Source: an uncultured archaeon (GTDB taxonomy: Archaea > Thermoplasmatota > Penumbrarchaeia > JASLWR01). From it: DNA of 12,621 bases. The DNA lies in the NCBI GenBank assembly GCA_964342815.1, contig CAYFHS010000053.1, positions 1-12,621 on the forward strand, written 5' to 3'. The position numbers and the translations under genes were made by a program. Positions 1 through 8,800 of the stretch are shown here, piece after piece (within the stretch, counting starts at the first letter, position 1; every line of letters starts with the position of its first letter). The notes below the pieces were generated by a model that saw only the letters and a list, made by a program, of their open reading frames with translations, was not told where the DNA came from and did not search any database.

Positions 1-3000
1 CAATATTCCCTCAATATATGTTAAAGCCTTGTCCATGGGAAGAGGTTCTCCTTTCAAGAATTTCAAAAGATTGCCGCCCTCCATGTATTCGATTACCATG
101 TAGGGAACCGGTCTGATATCGCCTTTGTAGAAATTCACGATGTTCTTATGCTTCAATTTCCTCCATATTTCCGATTCGGCCTTGAAGTTTTCCAAAACCT
201 TCATGTCCACGGTTCCCTCCAGATGCTTCGGTACCTTGACCGCGACGTGTAATCCTTTTTGATTGACTCCCCGATATACCGTAGCAAATCCTCCGGAGCC
301 CAGTTTATGCGTAAGAATATAACCGGGAATCAAACTTTGGAGGTTCGGAGGAACCGCCTCGAGAGCAGGTTCTGCCGGGGCCGCCGGAAGAAGAGGGGTG
401 GGGGGTGAAAGGGGTGGTTGAACTGCAGGGGTGCTTAGTGCATCCGGAGGCGGCGGAGGCGCGGCCAGCTCTGGTGAAGAAGGCGGATCGGGGGGTAAAT
501 AAATTTCCGGGATAGGTAGAGAGGCTGGTGAAACACGGAAAACCGGCAGCTGCACTTCGGGTACTTGCGGAGCCGTTTGAGCAATTTGTGGCGTGGTCAT
601 ATGAACTTCCAGTGTGGGCAGGTTGGACGCACTTGCTTTTGCGAAATCTGAATCGGAATATTTTTTGTATCCGCCTGCTCGGCTTGATTTTGAAGAGGCG
701 GAAGCGGAGAAATTCTTGTGCCTCTTGGTGGGCGTGACCTGGTAGATCAGAGGAAGAGGAGCTGATTTGCCCACGGCTTTTCCCTTGTGCTGAAAATTTT
801 CCATTTCGGCCTCCAGCTCATTTACACCTTTAATCTCACCGTTAACCCTCGGTACCACTTCTTCCTGATACTCTTCATCATCATCTTCCTCGTCCGATTC
901 GCTTTCCCGCCGTTTTCGAATTATTATCAATAAAACAGCGATAATTGCCAGGATTATAACAATTCCGATTATGATCCAAACCCATGGCTTGCTCGAGCTT
1001 CTTTCAAGGTCGTCTCCTCCGGTTCCATCATCGTCCGTATCGTCCCCTACTACATCGTCGTCATCATCATCTATGGGAACTTGTTTGGCAGTGATGTTGA
1101 GTAATAGTGAAAATACAATGATCTTCTTTAATGATGTAATTTGAATAACAATTTGATGCAAGCCTACAGACAATGCTGATGTGTTCGTTATATTAACATT
1201 GACCGTTCTTGTATTCCCCGCTCGGAGGGATAAATTATTCGCAAATTCCAGCAGATCTGGGCTTATTCCAGTTATTTCAACCACAATAAATATGGGAACG
1301 TTTCCATGATTTCCAAGGGTGATGTTGAAATTTATCGGCATACCTTGAGTCCCATTGATCTCCTTTACCTCCGTTTCTGCAGTTATATTATAGATTGCGG
1401 TAAAACCTTTTTCAACTGTGAACTCCCAGATTCCGCTGAGACACTTCCCCTGGATCGTCGGGGTTGCGGGAATTACTTTCCAGTAATACGTCTTGTTAGT
1501 TTCCAGGTCCTCAACTAAAAACCAGTTCTTTTCAGTAGTCCCTATTTCAGACAGACTATCACGTGATAAACCCAGGAACACATGATAATTGATGGTTTCA
1601 TCCAATTCATCTATTATTTCCCAACTGAGGTAGACGGAAGTTTCACTTATCACGGAACCGTTGAGGGGTTCTATCAATTTTCCTTCCGGATATGCAATAT
1701 CGAAGTTTATGCCGAAATTCCAGTTTCCACTGAGACAATTCCCCTCAATGGAGCCGTCGTTAGGTTTTACATACCAGTAGTAAACAGCCCCGTTTTCCAG
1801 ACCGGATATAGTAAAGTCAGTTCTGGTAATACCCGACATATGCAGCGAAGGCGTTTCGTTCGTACCAAAATACAGGTCGAACGTTAGGTCCTGCTCATCA
1901 TTATCGACGTCGGTAGCTTTCCAATATAACTCCACAGTGTCACCTGGGACGCTGGATCCGGCTGCGGGCGAAAGTAATTCAACGGAAGGTGGATCATTTA
2001 CATTGATTACTGTGATATTGAATGTGTTGGTTCGGCACGATAGGCCATGCGTATTCGTACAATTGGCGACTACCGAGACACTGCCGGTCCAATCCGCCTT
2101 TAAATAGGTGACGTCCAGGTTCGAACCATCAAGTTCCAGAGTAATATTTCCAGTGTCTGAAACCAGTTCGAGTGCATATACTGATGGATTTATGTTTGAA
2201 TAAATGTCATTGAAATAATCTGCCAAGTCCAGAATGTCCTCCTCGGGCGTATCTTCGTTAAGATTGAAGTTCGAAGGAACGGATTCTGTCAACTGGGGTG
2301 GATGAAATACTTCGGGTGTTTCCCCCGACCAGTTCAATGCCCAATCCTTCAGTATCGATGTTTCAGTTTTTGAGGATTGAAGACGGGCTTTCAGGTAGAT
2401 TTCATCGTATTCTTGGCTATCGATGGAAGAGAGATCAAATGTGATATCATTACCGCTTCCATTGTCCGTCATAAGTGTTTCATCATCCAGAGCGTCATGA
2501 ACCGATATTTCCAAAAAGGTATTTTGAGGGACCGAACGGGTTGCCTGGAATTTCGACCATCCCATTTCATCCGGCATGGTGATCGTCTCGGAACGAATAA
2601 CCGTCCCGGAACGGTGAAAGGGCTGACGGCTTGATATTTCCCGGGAAGAGAGAGCTCGATCGTAGATGGCGACTTCATCCAAAATCCCGTCAAAGCGCTG
2701 AATTACTGCCCTATCGGCTCCTATTCTCAAATTAGCAGTATTCCAATCATGAATATTTGCCGAGCCACCTCCATACGGCCAAATGCCGTTGTCTTCGATC
2801 CCATTAATATATATCCTGGCGTGACTGCCAGCTTTAAAACTTAAAGATATATGCTGCCATTGGCCTACGTTCTCGATTCTCTGGCCTGTCTCGTACATGA
2901 CCCGATTTCCTCCAAGGTCATAATAATAGAAGTATATGGAATTGGCACGGTCGGGTACATCATCCGAACGGAAAGCAAAATTCCAACCGATTTTTGAGGG

Positions 3001-3864
3001 AATGTCGAGGCGACCGGCAATTGAGTCATAAGTATCTTTGGAGTCTCGTTTCACCCAGGCTTCAACGGACAGCTCGCTGGTGAAATCAAGAGAGCCCGAG
3101 GCAGGAATCTCGAAATAATCATAAGCCCCATCAAAATCAAAGGCCGTTCCATATCTACCTTTGGTCCAATTATTACCATTGCTCGCCATCGTTCCGTGGT
3201 TCTCATTTCCGCTAATATCACCTGCTGTTTCGCAAGTTCCTTCATCGAAATTCCACAATCCCGCCATGCCTGCTTCCGGTAATAAACGATTTTCTGGTAA
3301 CTGGAGTTGGCCAGAGGATATATTTAAATCGATATGAGCACTTCTGCGTATCTCCCCGGGTGAGCGTGCAATATCAGAGATACGTAACTCGTCGATGATT
3401 CCTTTGAAAAGATAACCATCTAGCCGAGGTGAATCTTCTTTACTGTAGGCTCCGATGAACACATCGGCATTTGACTTATACGGAACCTTATTTGGAGAAC
3501 AATCCCTATCTGCTTGAAACTCTCCATTCTGGTAGATACTCAATATCGATCCGGTATACGTCCCGGCTAAATGGGTCCACTTGTTCAGTTCGACAGGTAT
3601 CCCGGAGGTGGCTTTAAATATTTCGGAACCTGATCCGAATAAGATTTGGGGATAAAAATGTCCAGACTCTTTTCTCAGGGAAAGCATGTAATTCGAATCA
3701 GTATCGTGGAGATCTCTTTTGCACACGATAACTTGGTGTGACGACGTCATTCGCGGGAAGACCCATAACTCTATTGTAAAGGAATTCAGATCCAGATCTC
3801 CATTTATGTTGCTCTCACTAACCCTGACATAATCACTAACTCCATCAAAATCCAGGCCCCCCCC
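1..3864 (-). CDS. C-terminal ~1288 aa (3'-partial) of a giant single-pass receptor-type Ser/Thr protein kinase: LamG x2, beta-sandwich scaffold, cadherin-like, 2x FN3-like, Ig-like, TM, acidic/Pro-rich linker, Hanks-type kinase domain
   Basis: I translated the minus frame by hand: there is no stop from 3873 to base 1, so the ORF track omits it. Motifs: LamG1 ...LDFDGVSDYVRV...WTHLAGTY...FKGIIDELRISD (to ~3343); LamG2 GLWNFDEG...GRYGTAFDFDG...FDGILDEVAIYDRALS (~2635-3261); cadherin-like LNEDT...FNITVINVNDPP (~1990-2300); FN3-like W.ATDVDND.DLTFDLYFG...LENGAVYYWYV and LETNKTYYWKV (~1410-1990); TM WVWIIIGIVIILAIIAVLLIII then RKRR (919-984); kinase YILTHKLGSGGFATVYRG...VAVK...AESEIW..LKHKNIV...YMVIEYMEGGNL (1-321). 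Confidence 0.92.
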
Positions 3865-5573
3865 ATTCTTCCATCATCCCACAACGCACCATCTATTGTT
3901 CCCTGATTGCCATTTCCACTACTGTCCTGAAGAACATCGCCGCTCCCATCATCGAAGTGCCATAACCCTACCGTTTTTTCGTCTGCTTCAAGTCGATTCT
4001 CTATTTTACCATTACCGAAGAAATCGTCCCGCCATGCATTTTCTTCAGAACATTCAACACTCCACGAGTCCAATGAAGGGACATTCCCTGGGTTGCCGGA
4101 CACCCAGGCCTGCAGTCGTATTCCTTCAATCCCAATATCGTTCAAATCCTTCAGGTCAATAGTAGATCCAGTAAGGTTGTCGTGTCCGTTTATCGTTACG
4201 TTTGTTGCACTATTGATAATTGTGAGATTTATTCGAGTATTTGCTGGTTCGATCTTCTCGACGGATAAAGTATCCCATTTCATTGACTGGGGAAGAGCGA
4301 TGGGTTTTGAATGAACTACGCCCGTATATGGCATCAAATGGATGGTGGGTTCAGCATCCGTCTGGTTTCGTACCCTTATCCAATCGGTCCATAATTTACC
4401 CCACCCATTATTATTAGTATAACCATATACAACGTTGACGATTGTTATCCGATATTTTTGTGCTGTGATACCCGAATCGGCAATTTTTGTCTTAAACTGG
4501 TAGTCTTCAAAGATGCTTACGTCATTGTTATCTTTCCCCATGCCGAGAACATGATAACCACTATCAGAGCCATCCCAAGTTCCCTGCTTCCATATCGTAT
4601 CAGAAAATGTATTTTGCTTTGAATATTTCAACCAGGAGTTTTCTTTTTTGCTTCTTCCTAAATATCGAAGCCAAGTGACATCCGGGTCTGAGATTCGTAC
4701 ACCCAATCCTCCCGCACTATCTGTGCCTGAATGAGAGCCGCCTTTCTGGGCGCGTTGCCTAGTTTCGACAATCCAATTATTGAAAGCTATTGTACTCTTT
4801 TGAAGACATCCGGTATAAACGGAATTTGTATTATGAATCCCCAGATATAGATTACCACCATCAATGGAATAAACCCGTAAACCGTCAGAAACTGGTGTAT
4901 TCCACTTTGACTGGTTCAGATTTTGGCCGTCAAAATCATCGAAAAATAGAAAGGTACCCTCCCCGTTGCTGGCATCGGCAGCTTGAGGATTCCCGTAATA
5001 CATAAACAGAGATGCCTTTCCGTTGGCGGGTATCTTGGTCACATTGATCCATACTTTTGCCTCGACTCCACCCCCTCTTTGTTCTATCCAATGGGGAATG
5101 GTACGCTCCTGACCGGTCCCCGAGTTGAAATAGGTAAATCGAATATCGTCGAAATCCCGCTGCATTCCAAGCATGAAGGGGACCGTCCAATTTACCTGAT
5201 AACCCCAGATATCGGCATTTCCGTAATTAAATATCTCCACTTTTCTTCTGTAAGACCATTGATTGTAATGCCAGGTATTGGTCGGATAAGTACCTTCGAA
5301 TCGTATTTTGCCGTCATATAGAGAACAATTTCGTGCCCACTCAATATCTGAATTGTCATCAAAATCATCAAACAAATAACCGCCGAAATCATCCGTCTCG
5401 AACTGGCTTCGGCTGCGTGCCCGCTCACCAGAAGGGCTCTGTTCCACGGATTCTAGATCATTTAAAATCGAGGGGGTTTTCGAAGAAGGTTCGGAAGCGG
5501 GAATTACAACAACAGCAGGGATAACAAGGATCATTAACACAATAATAACAGAAAATCTCATCTTAGTCACCAC
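3804..5573 (-). CDS. N-terminal part of the same receptor kinase (signal peptide, DUF2341-type domain, scaffold domain, start of LamG1); as sequenced it terminates 19 codons after a frameshift
   Basis: 589-aa ORF with a hydrophobic signal peptide, the DUF2341-like motifs WSYRRKVEIFN...DFDDIRFT...HWIE...KVWINV..IPANG...MYYGNP, and a LamG start (VGLWHFDDGSG...DSSGNGNQG...W..GRMGG). It then drifts into non-homologous AWILMELV... The likely true start is ATG at 5561, which has GGTGA 5 nt upstream. Confidence 0.88.
   Translation of the reverse strand: MVTKMRFSVIIVLMILVIPAVVVIPASEPSSKTPSILNDLESVEQSPSGERARSRSQFETDDFGGYLFDDFDDNSDIEWARNCSLYDGKIRFEGTYPTNTWHYNQWSYRRKVEIFNYGNADIWGYQVNWTVPFMLGMQRDFDDIRFTYFNSGTGQERTIPHWIEQRGGGVEAKVWINVTKIPANGKASLFMYYGNPQAADASNGEGTFLFFDDFDGQNLNQSKWNTPVSDGLRVYSIDGGNLYLGIHNTNSVYTGCLQKSTIAFNNWIVETRQRAQKGGSHSGTDSAGGLGVRISDPDVTWLRYLGRSKKENSWLKYSKQNTFSDTIWKQGTWDGSDSGYHVLGMGKDNNDVSIFEDYQFKTKIADSGITAQKYRITIVNVVYGYTNNNGWGKLWTDWIRVRNQTDAEPTIHLMPYTGVVHSKPIALPQSMKWDTLSVEKIEPANTRINLTIINSATNVTINGHDNLTGSTIDLKDLNDIGIEGIRLQAWVSGNPGNVPSLDSWSVECSEENAWRDDFFGNGKIENRLEADEKTVGLWHFDDGSGDVLQDSSGNGNQGTIDGALWDDGRMGGAWILMELVIMSGLVRAT
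3857..3864 (-). other. G8 homopolymer at the frameshift joining the two halves of the kinase gene
   Basis: The minus strand reads ATG GGG GGG GCC TGG ATT. One extra G gives ATG GGG GGG GGC CTG GAT TTT GAT GGA (MGGGLDFDG), matching the second LamG copy (RYGTAFDFDG). The downstream frame is closed just upstream by TGA at 3874-3876. Confidence 0.85.
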
Positions 5574-5723
5574 GAATATCGTTATGCAAATTGCCGAACT
5601 ATAATAGATTTCGATTCTACTATATATGAAGATTGGTCCATTAATATCGATTGATACATTTTTTACGCACTATTTTATAATCATTTCAATCAAGCGAGGG
5701 GGTATACCGATTAGTCGTTTCCT

Positions 5724-5745
5724 ATTATTACCCGCAAGTAATAAT
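5724..5745. repeat. Perfect 8-bp inverted repeat with 6-nt spacer (possible operator or hairpin)
   Basis: ATTATTAC-CCGCAA-GTAATAAT, read directly. Function unknown. Confidence 0.6.
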
Positions 5746-5771
5746 TTGGCACTGTTATCAATTGAAAATGA

Positions 5772-5795
5772 ATGGATGGATGGATGGATGGATGG
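5772..5795. repeat. Tetranucleotide microsatellite (ATGG)6, preceded by one imperfect ATGA unit (5768-5771)
   Basis: Read directly: atgg at 5772, 5776, 5780, 5784, 5788 and 5792, in the intergenic gap between the two large genes. Confidence 0.95.
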
Positions 5796-5858
5796 GTTAT
5801 TTCGCCAAGATCATCTGTTCGAGCATTCTGAAGGGCAATGTAGTCGCGGCGAATCACT

Positions 5859-8800
5859 TCATGCAGGTGGAGGGGGAGAAGATTGAGCCATGATGTCGGA
5901 TCCAGCGGGAACCGGAGCAGGGGTTCCCGTCACCGGTTGAGAAGGTGGTTGAGGGGACAAGGTTTCATCGGGTAGTGCCTGTGGCGTATCAGTCAGTCCA
6001 CCGATATCATCCAGTGACCTCAACAGTTCCTGAAGCTTGTTGTCGTCTGCGGGAGGGGTAGGTGGAGGTGCAGTGGGGTCTTGAACAACTGGTGCCATAA
6101 GAGATGGGTCCGAGATATTCGCAGCAGGCTCCGGCATGATAGGAAATGGCTGGGAGGGTACCTGGGCGGGAGCAGGTATCTGCGGGTCCAAAGTTCCAGG
6201 GGCCGTCATTTCCGGAGAGGAAAGCGGTATTTGTGGATCCATTATTCCCGGATCGCTCATCCCGGGAGCCGCGACCGAAGTCTGGGCTGGCCTTTCATCC
6301 AATCCGGGATCTGGAGCCGGCGGCAGCGCCATTCTCATTAGGTCTTGGGGTCCTTCATTGGTTGTGAACGAGGGAAGTGAATATGCCGGAGCTCCAGTTC
6401 CCCCAATGGCTCCGCTGGGAAGTGCCGCCGGTCCGGGAACCGGCTGCTGGTTGTATTGAGGAAGTTGAGCTTGCTGCGGTTGAGACGCTAGGTAAGGTGC
6501 CGGGGCGGGCATAAAGCTGCCCTGAACGGGTCGGGGGTCCGCAGACGGACCTCCATATCCCTGCTGCATATTGGGCGGATAGTACCCCTGGGCATATGGT
6601 GACGGTTGCGGCCCATAGGCCGCTTGGGATGGTGCAATTTCATCTTTTTCGTCTTCTTTTTTCCGTCTCCTGATAATTAAAAGTACTATCAAAATTATAA
6701 CCAGGAGTGAGAAGACGCCTATAATTAACCAGAACCACATGCTACCGTAGATCTTTCCCTCTTTATCGGTGGTTCCGGTTCCATTCTGGTTATTGCCAGG
6801 GCCATTAATTTCACCACCGGGATCATCGTCACCCGGAGTCTCGATGTTGGCCCCCGATCCCGGTTTACTAACGTTCACATATATCTTTCTCGTGACGTTG
6901 TAATCGTTCCCGTCGTCGACGTAAAGTGTGATCCTGTGCTTACCAGGTGCGAGCCTTGCAAAGAAATGGGCGGAGGAACTAAGCGAACGGTTCTCCTTTA
7001 TCTTGGATGACCAGTAGAAGCTAAGCTCGTCGCCATCAGCGTCAGTACTGTTGGACGCATCGAACTCGATAAGGTCCGCTGTTGTGAATTGCCCGCTGTA
7101 AGGCAGTGGGCTGGTTATGATCACCGTTGGTTCCGAATTCAGCCATATCCGGTACGGTTCGGATACCACAACGTCATTCCCCACCAAGTCCGTACCTCTC
7201 CATCGGATGAAATTATTATTGCCCCATTCGAACTCCAGACTGACAGCAATCCGGATATTCTTACCGTTTGGAATATCTTCCACTGTGATCCATTCTCCAA
7301 AATCCTCACTATTGTTGCCGGAGGTCGAATAGGAATAGGCAACTGTGCTGGCGTCTACCCCGCTGCCCTCGTCTGTGATTGTGATGTAACATTCCAATTC
7401 CTTATCAGCTGAATACTCGTCGGCCGTTGGCCGTTCCGAGTTGAATTTCACTCCCGTCACGTCAACATTTAGCCTGAAACTCTGCGATAAGGCCACGGGG
7501 TTCCGCACATGATCCGTACCGCTGAAACGTATGTAATTATCTCCACCCTCCTCCAAATTGGCCACCACACTTATACTGAAACCGTTTTCTATCTCGGTCA
7601 GGTTTTCCCTGCTGATGGCCATCCATTCACCAAAGGAGTTTCGACCCTCCGTGGATATAGAGAAAAAAAGGCTTTCCGGATCGACGCCGCAGCCTTCATC
7701 CGTGATCTCTATGCCCAGATCCATTGATGTTTCCATGAACCATTCTTTCATTCCCATAAGTGTGTCTGAGATTTGGGGAGTTATAGTGTCGATCTTGATA
7801 TTGACCGGAGCCGATACCTCAAAACCGTTGGTAGCACGGTCCTTGGCCCTCCACCTGATATAGTTATCTTCACCTTCGTTTGCGGTCATATCCATAAATG
7901 CGTGGACCTGTTCTCCCGGGGCAGATGTGAATGCTTTATACCAGTCACCGAAGCCCAGGTGTCCGGAAGTTGACAGGGAATATTCGATGGTCTTATCGTC
8001 CACTCCCGAGCCGTTGATATCAAGAATATCCACCGAGCATCTCACATAGGTGGAGTTGAGCCATTGGCCGTCGGAAGGAACAATATTAACAAAGGAGATA
8101 TTTGTGAAATCAATAAGAATCGAGCTGTTGGCAGCTATTCCGATATTGCCAACTTTATCTATGGTCCAGACGTAGATCGTTGTTTGACCTTCCGGTAATC
8201 CCGTAAAATGATAAGACGTAAGTTCGGTGAAATTTCCATCAGTGCTACCGTTACGATCCATGGTGGATATGTAATAACCCAATATGCCCGATCCTTCCGG
8301 TTCCAGAACCTCTTCCCATTTGACCCATAAATCTCCGTCGTTATTGTAAATTGAAACATCTTCGTTCATCAACTCATTATACAGTGAAAGACCCGCCGGA
8401 GACGGTGGTGCGTCACCATCGATATTCAACCTTATCGACCAGTTTCTAAGGTCCCAGCAGCCCTCCGGTCTGTCGATTATCGCTGCACGAAACTTATGAC
8501 CGTCATCGCTCTCATTCTGCGCCTGAAAGCTTATGTTGAAATATTGCCCCGAGGTTCCGGTACTCACTTCCTGCCTATTTTTTTCGTCAATTATGGAAAT
8601 GTTGAAATATTTGTTTTCCGGAGTCAGGTTTTGCGTGCTGTTATATACCACCATCATGTTCGAAAAGGTCAGGTTCTCGCCGCCCCGTATCCAATCGTCT
8701 TCATTGAGGGGGCCTTGGAAGGACCCGTTAACCTGCATATCTCCCACGAGGTTGAAATTCTTCTCAACCCTGAATACGTCAGCAAAGGATTGAACGGAAT

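Noticed and set aside
1-3864. Calling the kinase gene a decayed pseudogene
   Set aside because: There is only one lesion, at a homopolymer, and 1288 intact codons follow it. Error or slippage is more parsimonious.
5626-5886. 86-aa plus-strand ORF in the intergenic gap
   Set aside because: Its WMDGWMDG comes from the ATGG microsatellite, it overlaps the end of the real gene, and it has no other support.
6672-6740. TM plus basic cluster as an archaeosortase/exosortase sorting signal
   Set aside because: Such signals lie at the extreme C-terminus with a PGF/PEP-type motif. Here long cytoplasmic regions follow in both proteins.
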